Both the position numbers and the translations under genes were made by a program. This document shows positions 1 through 7,668 of a stretch of DNA of 32,000 bases, piece after piece (the first letter of the stretch is position 1; each line of letters starts with the position of its first letter). Source of the DNA: Haloferax volcanii DS2. Lineage in GTDB: Archaea; Halobacteriota; Halobacteria; Halobacteriales; Haloferacaceae. The notes beneath the pieces were generated by a model. It saw only the letters and a program-made list of their open reading frames with translations, searched no databases and was not told the origin of the DNA. The stretch covers positions 300,001 through 332,000 of the forward strand of contig NC_013964.1 in NCBI RefSeq assembly GCF_000025685.1. The letters are read 5' to 3'.

Positions 1-1
1 A

Positions 2-106
2 GAAAAACGCGTTCGGCCGACGAGTACCTGCGGCGACGCGGCCGACGACACGGTGAAGATGTACTTGTCCTACAATACCGAGTTCGAGAACGGATACGGT
101 CGGTGA
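2..106 (+). CDS. 3' terminal fragment of a CDS that begins upstream of the window (product unknown)
   Basis: Frame 2 is open from the window edge to TGA at 104-106. It translates to ...EKRVRPTSTCGDAADDTVKMYLSYNTEFENGYGR with mostly G/C third positions. Too short to assign a product. Confidence 0.35.
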   Translation, partial: EKRVRPTSTCGDAADDTVKMYLSYNTEFENGYGR

Positions 107-494
107 CCGGCGACGACGTGCCGGACCGACCGTGTCAGTCGCCCGAGACCCTTTCATCGAACTGGTCGATGGGAGTCGGAACTCCCGCCCGACTCAACGC
201 TCGGGGAGGTAGATAATCTGCCGACACAATGCGCTAACGGGCCAGCATGAGACGGCCAGTGAGCCAAGAGGATTCCGACCTCGCTGACGACGGCTGCCGG
301 CAGTGAGGTCAATTATCACCTGCACGCGGAATCCGCGCTCAACCGCCAACATCTGGCCGCGGTAGTGAATCGCCATTCGAACAACACTCCGTGACGCGTC
401 GGCGCGACGGCGAGCGACGCGGGAGCCGAGACGGACCCGGTGGCTCGGCGGTCACCGACGAGGGAGAGACAGAAGCGCTGTCCGCTGTCCGAGG

Positions 495-502
495 CTTTTT
501 TT
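495..502 (+). promoter_or_regulatory. Putative TATA-like box for a leaderless IMPase-family transcript
   Basis: T-rich box cttttttt centred about 26 nt upstream of ATG 525. This is the typical haloarchaeal TATA-to-start spacing for leaderless mRNAs. Confidence 0.4.
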
Positions 503-524
503 CGCCGTGGGGAGATGTTCGGGC

Positions 525-1328
525 ATGGATGCAGACCCGCGCGAAGCAGTCGCAATCGACGCCGCGGAAGTGGGAGCCGACCACGCGTCGGCGCGTTTCA
601 GAACCGAACTGGACATCGAACAGAAAGGCGACGCAATCGACCTCGTGACCGAGGTCGACCGCGAGACACAACGGCGCGTCATCGCGGCGATTCGAGAGCG
701 GTTCCCCGACGACGCGGTCGTCGGCGAGGAGGACGACGAACTGAAGACCGTCCCCGAGTCGGGCTACGCGTGGATTATCGACCCGATAGACGGGACGCAG
801 AACTACACGCGGGGGGCCCGCGAGTGGGTGACGAGCGTCGCCGTCGTCGAGAACCAGACGCCGATTGCGGCGGTGAACGTCTCGCCCGAGACGGGAGACA
901 CCTACGTCGCGACGGCGGCGCGCGTCGAGCGGAACGGCCGACCCATGACGGTCAGCGACGAATCGAACACCAGCGCCTTTCTCGTCTCCTCGACGCTCCG
1001 GTATCAGGTGGGCGACCGGCCGGGAATCGAACGGCTCTCGGGCGATATCTTCGGGACGTTCGGTGAGATGCGAAAGCTCGGGACGACGCAGCTGACGCTG
1101 TCGCGACTCGCCGACGGGTCGATAGACGCGGTCATCGGATTCGACGAACACCCGAACGCGTGGGACACGGTCGCGGGGGTCTACCTCGTCGAGCGGGCGG
1201 GCGGAACGGTGACCGACATCCACGGGAACGCCTGGGGACCGGGACAGCCCGGTCTCGTCGCGTCCAACGGGCACGCACACGACGAGGTGCTCGAAGCGGC
1301 GCAGGCGGCGTTCGAGGAGACCCGATAA
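525..1328 (+). CDS. Inositol monophosphatase family phosphatase (IMPase/FBPase-like)
   Basis: Track ORF 507..1328; the ATG at 525 (MDADPREA...) is preferred. Family motifs present: VVGEEDD, WIIDPIDGTQNY and AWDTVAGVYLVERAGG. Confidence 0.9.
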   Translation: MDADPREAVAIDAAEVGADHASARFRTELDIEQKGDAIDLVTEVDRETQRRVIAAIRERFPDDAVVGEEDDELKTVPESGYAWIIDPIDGTQNYTRGAREWVTSVAVVENQTPIAAVNVSPETGDTYVATAARVERNGRPMTVSDESNTSAFLVSSTLRYQVGDRPGIERLSGDIFGTFGEMRKLGTTQLTLSRLADGSIDAVIGFDEHPNAWDTVAGVYLVERAGGTVTDIHGNAWGPGQPGLVASNGHAHDEVLEAAQAAFEETR

Positions 1329-1987
1329 CGGCGCAAACGGCATCACGCGGCATCGCGCCGACCCAAACCGAGTCCGTGGCGACGTGGGCGTGACCGCGAC
1401 CTCGACCCTGGGCCCCGACCGACTGAATTACACGGTTACGCCTGTAATGGAGATGCGGACGAGAGACCGACGACGACCGGGAACCGTCAGGCGACCGGGA
1501 AGGTATATCAACTCAAATATAGTTCTGAGCGCGGGAAGCCGCACAGGGGACCGACCTCGGACGGACGGCGCGGCCGCAGCGCGCCGACGGATGAGACGGC
1601 AAACGAGCCGGGTTGTTCACCCGCCGACGGATCTACTTAAACGTTCACGCGTCCGAAAACCGAGCCGAGATCGGTCGTCTCAGCCGCTCAGTCGCCCGTG
1701 AAACCGACTCTCACGCGTCTCGGAAGACTCGGCGTTCCTAACTTCCGAATACGTATATATGAACGAGCCGGTCACCCCGCAGCGGCCACGATGATTCCGA
1801 CCCGCACAGGTCGTAATAATCATAGATAACCATGTTAACTATTGACAATCAAAGCGCGAGCACATAAACGTTCGACTCCGCGGAACGCTCGGAGCACCGA
1901 CCAGTCGGGGAGTGTAACGGGTACGCGAGCGTGCAGCGCCGGTGTCGCGGCCGTCGCGAGGGCGACAGTAGTCGTGACGGAGGTACA

Positions 1988-1994
1988 TCTTTAA
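1988..1994 (+). promoter_or_regulatory. Putative TATA-like box upstream of the IclR gene
   Basis: ctttaag centred about 27 nt upstream of ATG 2018. Confidence 0.35.
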
Positions 1995-2017
1995 GCCCAG
2001 ACCGTAGATTCCCCTCC

Positions 2018-2815
2018 ATGAATAGACACGACCCGTCCGGCGTGCTCAAGACGACAGCCGCCTCCTTGGCGCTCGTCGACCACATCCTCGAACTGGAGGG
2101 GGCCACGATGGGCGAACTGGTCGAGGCGACCGACCTCGCGAAGAGCACCGTCCACGCTCACCTCAAGACGCTCGCGGAGTACGGCTACGTCGTGAACGTC
2201 GACAACGAGTACCACCTCGGGGCGAAGTTCTGCCACCTCGGAGACTACGTCAGGACGCGCAAGGACTACTACCGCGTCGCCCAAGAGACCGTCTCGTGGC
2301 TCGACAGCGAGTCGTCGATGGACGCGGACTTCGCGGTCGAAGAACACGGTCGCATCGTCTCGCTGTACGGCGACCTCGAATTCGCCAACACGCCGCGCTT
2401 TCTCATCGACGGCAGCCCGTTTCACGTCCATACGACGTGTTCGGGCAAGGCGATTATCGCGGAGTACCCGGAGACGCGAGTGCGGGAAATCATCGACCGC
2501 TGGGGGCTGCCGGCGGCGACGGACGACTCCATCACGACCGAAGACGAACTGTTCGCGGAGTTGGCGACCGTCCGCGAGCAGGGCTACGCCGAAAACAGCG
2601 GCGAGGCGGTCGAGGGGTTTTGGGCCATCGGCAAAGCCGTGAAGTCGCCGCGAGGCGAGGTGTACGGGTCGCTGAATCTGAGCGGTCCCGCCTACGTCAT
2701 CGACGAGGAGACGCGGGCGACGCAGGTCGAACTGCTCGAACGCGCAGCCGAGCGGTTCGAACAGGGCGTCGCGGAACTGTATCAGACCCAAGCGAACGAG
2801 CCGAACGAAGAGTGA
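2018..2815 (+). CDS. IclR family transcriptional regulator
   Basis: Track ORF 1931..2815; the internal ATG at 2018 (MNRHDPSGVLKT...) is preferred because the upstream extension is Arg-rich and atypical. N-terminal wHTH (MGELVEATDLAKSTVHAHLKTLAEYGYV) followed by an IclR-type effector domain (...GYAENSGEAVEGFWAIGKAV...SLNLSGP). Confidence 0.9.
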   Translation: MNRHDPSGVLKTTAASLALVDHILELEGATMGELVEATDLAKSTVHAHLKTLAEYGYVVNVDNEYHLGAKFCHLGDYVRTRKDYYRVAQETVSWLDSESSMDADFAVEEHGRIVSLYGDLEFANTPRFLIDGSPFHVHTTCSGKAIIAEYPETRVREIIDRWGLPAATDDSITTEDELFAELATVREQGYAENSGEAVEGFWAIGKAVKSPRGEVYGSLNLSGPAYVIDEETRATQVELLERAAERFEQGVAELYQTQANEPNEE

Positions 2816-2869
2816 AAACGAGGGCGAGAGGGTCGGTGAAGCCGTCGGGCGAAGGGGAATGCAGACGCG

Positions 2870-4537
2870 TTACGCCGGGACGTTTCCGGACGGGACGACG
2901 CCGTCGTCGGTCCAGCCGCGACGCTCGTAGTACGCGTCGAGCGCCGCCTCGAACCCGTCTAGCTCGTCGGCGTACGGGAGCGTGTCGTCGCCGCGGTCGA
3001 AGCCGCGCTGGTTGTTGAAGTGGCGTTCGAGCGTGACGATGCGGTCGCCGACGGCCAGCAGGTCCTCGAAATCGGCTCCGAACAGCATCTCGTAGCGTTC
3101 GGGCGTCATGAAGTCCCGCGAGAACTTGCAGACGATGCCGCTGTCGTTGAGCGCCATCTGGTTTTCCTTCTCGATGAGGCGCTTGGGTTTGCCCTCGAAC
3201 CCCTCCGGCGGGTAGGCGTCGTCCTTGCCGACCAGCGGGTACTCCTGCGAGTAGAACACCGCGTACATGTGGTCCGCGCCGCGGTTGGCGACGGCGTACG
3301 ACAGTCCCTGTCCGTGGAGGACGCGGCCCTCGTGGGCGGCGAAGTCCATCCCCTTGACCGTCCAGTTCTCCACGCCGAGGTCGTCGTGCACGCGGGCGAT
3401 GCCCTCGGCGAGGTCGTCGCCGACGCCCTCACGGAGCGCGATTTTCTCCACGAGGTCGTGGATGAGGTCGGTGTTGCCGAACTCGTCTTCGCTGGCGAGG
3501 TAGGCCGCGACGGTGTTGCCGGCCGAGATGGCGTCGAGACCGTAGCGGTCGCACAGCTCGTTCGACTTCATCACTTCCACGATGTCGTCGACGCCGGAGT
3601 TCGACCCGAACGCCATGGTGACTTCGAACTCGGGCCCCTCGGTCTCGACGCCCGCCGCCTCGTCTCTCGTGGGGAGCTTACACGCGAACGCGCAGGCCGA
3701 GCAGGTTCCCTTCTTGTACTTCTTCTGCTCGATGGCGTCGCCGTTGATGCCCTCCGCGCCCTCGAAGTGACGCTCGGAGAAGTAGTACGACGGGAGGCCG
3801 TCCATCTCGTTGGCGAGGTCCAGCACGGCGACGGTCCCCTGCCGCTTCATGATGTGGTCGTCGGTGGCGGCCTCGCGGTGAATCTCCATCTGCGACGCCG
3901 GAATCTCGATGTCGGGCGCGGCATCGCCGCCGAACGTGAGCGCCTTCACGTTCTTCGACCCGAGGACGGCACCGAGGCCGCCGCGGCCGAACGCGCGCTC
4001 CTCGCTCGTCATGATGGAGGCGAAGCGCACGAGGTTCTCGCCGGCGGGGCCGACGACCATCGTCCGGTCGGCTTCGATATCGTGTTCGTCGTCGAGGTAC
4101 GCGACCGTCTCGGGGACCGTCGCGCCGGCGAGGTCCGGGACGGCCTCGAACTCGACGCCCTCGTCTGTGACGTGGAGGACGACCAGTTCGTCGCTCACGC
4201 CCGCGAGTTCGACCGCCGAGTAGCCCGCGTCAGCGAAGTTCCGCGAGACGAACCCGCCGGCGTTCGACGAGCAGAGGCCGCCGGTCAAAGGCGAGACGCT
4301 GGTGCAGTTCGTGCGGCCGGTGAAGCTCATGTTCGACGCCTGCATCGGGCCGGTACTGAAGTACACCCGGTTGTCCGGGCTGAACGGGTCCACGTCGAAG
4401 GGAACGCGCTCGTGGGCGAGTCGAGTGGCGACCCCGCGCCCGCCGACGTAGGATTCGAGAATCCCGTCGATGTCTTCCGTCCGACTCGTCTCGTCCCCCA
4501 GGTCGACCGTGAGAAGCGGACCTTTTGCGTGTAACAT
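2870..4537 (-). CDS. aor: Aldehyde:ferredoxin oxidoreductase family enzyme (tungsto/molybdopterin, 4Fe-4S)
   Basis: 555-aa ORF. N-terminal AOR domain (YVGGRGVATRL, SPLTGGL), Cys cluster GTCSACAFACK (CxxCxxxC), and C-terminal AOR domains (GLDAISAGNTVA, FAAHEGRVLHGQGLSYAVANRGADH). Confidence 0.92.
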   Translation of the reverse strand: MLHAKGPLLTVDLGDETSRTEDIDGILESYVGGRGVATRLAHERVPFDVDPFSPDNRVYFSTGPMQASNMSFTGRTNCTSVSPLTGGLCSSNAGGFVSRNFADAGYSAVELAGVSDELVVLHVTDEGVEFEAVPDLAGATVPETVAYLDDEHDIEADRTMVVGPAGENLVRFASIMTSEERAFGRGGLGAVLGSKNVKALTFGGDAAPDIEIPASQMEIHREAATDDHIMKRQGTVAVLDLANEMDGLPSYYFSERHFEGAEGINGDAIEQKKYKKGTCSACAFACKLPTRDEAAGVETEGPEFEVTMAFGSNSGVDDIVEVMKSNELCDRYGLDAISAGNTVAAYLASEDEFGNTDLIHDLVEKIALREGVGDDLAEGIARVHDDLGVENWTVKGMDFAAHEGRVLHGQGLSYAVANRGADHMYAVFYSQEYPLVGKDDAYPPEGFEGKPKRLIEKENQMALNDSGIVCKFSRDFMTPERYEMLFGADFEDLLAVGDRIVTLERHFNNQRGFDRGDDTLPYADELDGFEAALDAYYERRGWTDDGVVPSGNVPA

Positions 4538-4625
4538 TGGAAAAAGAAGGAGTTGCCTCGCACAAATCCATTGTGGTTACTGTTGTGTCGCTAACCAAAT
4601 CACCGCGGGAGGTCGACTTCGAAAC

Positions 4626-4640
4626 CGGATACTGTGTACG
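4626..4640 (+). promoter_or_regulatory. 15-nt motif cggatactgtgtacg, copy 1 (identical copy at 20398-20412); candidate shared operator
   Basis: Exact 15-mer shared by two AT-rich promoter regions. This copy lies between the divergent AOR and aminotransferase genes, 23 nt upstream of the TATA-like box at 4663-4672. Confidence 0.35.
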
Positions 4641-4662
4641 TTATCAATAGGAATCGTGGACA

Positions 4663-4672
4663 AATTATTTAT
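4663..4672 (+). promoter_or_regulatory. Putative TATA box for the leaderless aminotransferase transcript
   Basis: aaattattta centred about 28 nt upstream of ATG 4696. Confidence 0.45.
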
Positions 4673-4695
4673 GACTGTTCTGCATGGGTTGAGGC

Positions 4696-6075
4696 ATGGT
4701 CGCAGACCCGCCGATTCACGAGTTGCACTTCGACGACGCGCCGAGCGTGGACGACGTTCCGGGGCCGAAGTCGACGCGACTCCTCGAAAAGCAACAGCGA
4801 ATCGACAGCAGCGCCGTCTCGTACCCCGAAGACATCCCCATCGCGTTCGACAGCGGGAAGGGCGCGACGGTGCGCGACGCCGACGGCAATACCTTCATCG
4901 ACATGTTCGCCGGTATCGGCGTGCTGAACGTCGGACACTCGAACCCGTACGTCCTCGAGGCGGTCCACGAGCAGACGGACAAGTTCGTCCACACCGTCGA
5001 CTTCCCGACCGAGGCGCGGCTCGACCTCATCGAGAAGCTGGACGAAATCGCGCCCGCGGGACTGCGCGGGAACAACCGCGTCGTCTTCGGCGGTCCGACG
5101 GGGAGCGACGCCATCGAGGCGTCCATCAAACTCGCCAAGTACAACACCGAAGGGACCGGTCTCGTCGCCTTCCGCGGCGCGTACCACGGCGCGACGAGCG
5201 GCGCGATGAGCCTCACCGGCAACAAGAAGTTCAAGGGCGACTACTCGCCGCTCCTCCCCGACGTGGTCCACGCGCCCTACCCGAACACGGTCGAGATGGG
5301 TAAAGGCCCGCAGGAGGCGGTCGACCACTGTCTCGAAGAGGTCAAGGCCATCTTCGAGGACCCCTACGGCGGCCTCGCCAACCCGGCGGGCATCTTCGTC
5401 GAACCGATTCAGGGCGAAGGCGGCGTCGTCACCCCGCCGAAGGGATTCCTGAAGGGTCTCCGCGACATCGCCGACGACAACGACGTGCCGCTCGTGTTCG
5501 ACGAGATTCAGAGCGGTCTCGGTCGCTCCGGCAAGTGGTGGGCGAGCGAGTGGTACGGCGTCACGCCGGACGTGATGACCTCGGCGAAGGCGCTCGGCGG
5601 GACCGGCTTCCCGCTGTCGGCGACCATCTACCACGAGGACCTCGACACGTGGGGGTCGGGCGACCACGCGGGCACGTACCGCGGCCACGTCGTCGGGATG
5701 CGCGCCGGCACCCGCGCCATCGAGTACATCCAGGAACACGACCTCCTCGCGCACGCCCGCGACCTCGGCCAGTACATCCGCGGCCGGCTCTCGGAGGTCG
5801 CGGAGGACAACCCCCGAATCGTGGACGTTCGCGGGAAGGGCCTGTTCATCGGCGCGGAGTTCGTCGACGCCGAGGGCAACCCCGACGGCGAGGCGGCCGA
5901 CGCGCTCCAGCAGTACTGCTTCGAGCGCGGCGTACTGGTGTGGAAGGCCGGCCGGCACGGCAACATCCTGCGACTGCTCCCGCCGCTCGTGCTCACCCAC
6001 GACCTCGCGGAGACGGCGCTCGACGTCATCACCGACGGCATCGAAGCGGTCACGGCCGAAACGCAACGAGTCTAA
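4696..6075 (+). CDS. Class-III PLP aminotransferase, diaminobutyrate--2-oxoglutarate transaminase-like (EctB/Dat/DoeD subfamily)
   Basis: 459-aa [66 protein letters not shown]-Lys context [14 protein letters not shown] and HAGTYRG. From memory these resemble Halomonas EctB blocks (GPTGTNAVEAAIRLAR, TTGNRKFR, NSKSLSGYGLPF, NGTFRG). Confidence 0.85.
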   Translation: MVADPPIHELHFDDAPSVDDVPGPKSTRLLEKQQRIDSSAVSYPEDIPIAFDSGKGATVRDADGNTFIDMFAGIGVLNVGHSNPYVLEAVHEQTDKFVHTVDFPTEARLDLIEKLDEIAPAGLRGNNRVVFGGPTGSDAIEASIKLAKYNTEGTGLVAFRGAYHGATSGAMSLTGNKKFKGDYSPLLPDVVHAPYPNTVEMGKGPQEAVDHCLEEVKAIFEDPYGGLANPAGIFVEPIQGEGGVVTPPKGFLKGLRDIADDNDVPLVFDEIQSGLGRSGKWWASEWYGVTPDVMTSAKALGGTGFPLSATIYHEDLDTWGSGDHAGTYRGHVVGMRAGTRAIEYIQEHDLLAHARDLGQYIRGRLSEVAEDNPRIVDVRGKGLFIGAEFVDAEGNPDGEAADALQQYCFERGVLVWKAGRHGNILRLLPPLVLTHDLAETALDVITDGIEAVTAETQRV

Positions 6076-6093
6076 CCACGGTCGAACACCACG

Positions 6094-6480
6094 ATGCCAC
6101 CCGAACGAGTCATCACGGACGACGCCCCGCGTACGGATAACCCCTACTCGCAGGGCGTCGTCGCCGGCGACACGCTCTACGTCTCGGGCTACGGCCCGGT
6201 CGACCCCGAGACGGGTGAGGAGATCGACGGCGACATCGAAGCACAGACCGACCGCGTGCTCGACAACATCGCGGCCGTCGTCTCCGAGGCCGGCGGCGAC
6301 GGCCTCGACGACGCGGTGAAACTGACGGTGTACGTCACCGACCTCGACGACTACGAACGGGTGAACGAGGCGTACGGCGCGCGGTTCGACGAGGTGCCGC
6401 CGGCCCGCGTCTGCGTCGAGGTGGCGCGACTCCCCGGCGACGTGCGAGTCGAGATGGACGCGATAGCGTATCTCGGATAG
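6094..6480 (+). CDS. ridA: RidA/YjgF family reactive-intermediate (enamine/imine) deaminase
   Basis: 128-aa ORF starting 18 nt after the aminotransferase stop. YSQGVVAGDTLYVSGYGPVDPETGE...TVYVTD...ARVCVEVARLP is typical of the family. Confidence 0.88.
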   Translation: MPPERVITDDAPRTDNPYSQGVVAGDTLYVSGYGPVDPETGEEIDGDIEAQTDRVLDNIAAVVSEAGGDGLDDAVKLTVYVTDLDDYERVNEAYGARFDEVPPARVCVEVARLPGDVRVEMDAIAYLG

Positions 6481-6500
6481 GTCGCGGATGCGGGGACGGG

Positions 6501-6520
6501 GCGCGGGGACGCACCCGCGC
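6501..6520. terminator. GC-rich hairpin in a convergent intergenic region (possible bidirectional terminator element)
   Basis: gcgcggg(gacgca)cccgcgc, a 7-bp perfect stem, lying between the RidA stop (6480) and the stop of the minus-strand gene (6556). Flanked by several GGGG runs (6492-6508, 6536-6539). Confidence 0.25.
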
Positions 6521-6555
6521 GACCGCCGAGGTTCCGGGGACCGGCGACCCGCCGG

Positions 6556-7209
6556 TCAGTCGTTCAGGTCGTCGACTCGGCGGTCGCGCCGCTCGTTCGC
6601 GGCGTCGATTCGCTCGACGAACTCGGACATCTGCGCTTTCATGTCGGCGCGCAGGTCGGTCGCAGAGAAGTCGTCGGACTCCGCGAGGAGCCTGACGAAC
6701 GCCTGTAACTCCTCGTCTGTGAGCTGGTCGAACGCGCCGCGTTCGAGCTTGTCGATGACGGCGTCGACGTCGATTTGGCCGACCGGTTCGACGTTGAAAT
6801 CGACCGTGACCATCCGGTAGTCGGAGCCGGCCAGTTCCTGTTCGGCCTTGTTGACGCCCTCGGCGAGCATGTCCTTGAACGGGGTGTAGTAGCCCATCGT
6901 CCCGAGGTGGAGGAAGGCGAGCATGTCGGTGATGCCCCGCGTGTACGCCTCGCGGTCGGCGGCGTCGGGGTTGAACACCGTCTCGCGGTCGCGGTCTTCG
7001 AGCGACTCGAACAGGATGGTGAAATCGAGGATGGCGTTGCGGAGGCGTCGTCGAATCCGGTTTCGCTTCTGTTTTTTCGAGTGGTCGGTGTAGTCGGTCT
7101 TCCGGCCGAGCAGGAACTCGCGGTCGCTCGGCGTGAGGATGCCGCGGCCGCGGTCGGCGGCGTAGGCGAGGTCGTCGGTGCCGTCCGTTCCGTCGGCGTC
7201 GTTTGCCAT
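6556..7209 (-). CDS. Acidic hypothetical protein with a basic K/R patch (possible nucleic-acid-binding helix); function unknown
   Basis: Track ORF 6556..7566; the ATG at 7209 (MANDADGTDG...) is preferred because the upstream 119 codons are non-acidic and AT-rich. Strong G/C third-position bias and acidic composition. Basic segment HSKKQKRNRIRRRLRNAILDF. Confidence 0.7.
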   Translation of the reverse strand: MANDADGTDGTDDLAYAADRGRGILTPSDREFLLGRKTDYTDHSKKQKRNRIRRRLRNAILDFTILFESLEDRDRETVFNPDAADREAYTRGITDMLAFLHLGTMGYYTPFKDMLAEGVNKAEQELAGSDYRMVTVDFNVEPVGQIDVDAVIDKLERGAFDQLTDEELQAFVRLLAESDDFSATDLRADMKAQMSEFVERIDAANERRDRRVDDLND

Positions 7210-7462
7210 ATACAGAACGCGTGTACGAATTCGATTAAGCGTTACGAACGAACCGGAAATTCGGCCGATACGGGCCGGAAATCCGGGATTCCTCGGATTC
7301 AGTCTACAATTCGTGTGAGAACGCCGGGAGCGCGCGAACGAGGCGGCACCGTTCGGAGCGAAGCGCCCGGCCACGGCGCGACGACCAACCGAAATCGAAC
7401 CGACCACCGATTTTTCGACCGTTTGTAAACGGATTCCGTTCTCGACGTCACCGATAACCACA

Positions 7463-7470
7463 AATTTTAT
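7463..7470 (+). promoter_or_regulatory. Putative TATA box for a leadered BCCT transporter transcript
   Basis: aaatttta in the AT-rich stretch ccacaaattttatggtaatg. No AT-rich box exists about 27 nt upstream of GTG 7669, which implies a 5' UTR of about 170 nt. Confidence 0.3.
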
Positions 7471-7668
7471 GGTAATGTTTGCACTTGTCGTGACGTAAGA
7501 CACCAGGTAGCATGGTGTCCGTCGGAGCGATAGCATGACAGACCACATTACAGCACACGGGTGCAACGGTCATCGTGGCGCACAGTTCGGGGCGCGGGCC
7601 TCGACCAGTCAGTCGGGAGGTGACGGCTCCGTGCGGACGGAGTCGAGAGGCGCGGTCACTCACGGGGG

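Noticed and set aside
190-400. Possible structured RNA gene (tRNA, SRP RNA or RNase P RNA) suggested by palindromes and repeated ggccag
   Set aside because: I could not fold a cloverleaf or find a T-loop (GTTCRANYC) or the conserved RNase P or SRP motifs. Left unassigned.
339-1346. 335-aa minus-strand ORF (and 440..1066 +) overlapping the IMPase gene
   Set aside because: Arg/Pro/Gly-rich, non-acidic translation typical of antisense or off-frame shadow ORFs in high-GC DNA. The plus-strand frame carries clear IMPase motifs.
3020-4534. 504-aa plus-strand ORF opposite the AOR gene
   Set aside because: Antisense shadow ORF with a low-complexity V/A/R/G/D-rich product. The minus-strand frame has unambiguous AOR motifs.
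4669-6066. 465-aa minus-strand ORF opposite aminotransferase 1 (plus 4470..5303 +, 5535..6140 +)
   Set aside because: Shadow or off-frame ORFs with Arg-rich products and no recognisable motifs.
7546-7558. Recurring CATTA(Y)NNC(C)CAC(R) motif at 7546-7558, 20496-20509, 20446-20457 and (minus strand) 24521-24537, giving the VVSHYSH coincidence in two track ORFs
   Set aside because: The matches are short and degenerate (about 18/27 identical in the best pair). Distance and orientation to the genes vary, and some copies may simply be TATA-like promoter sequence. Not strong enough to call an operator without genome-wide statistics.
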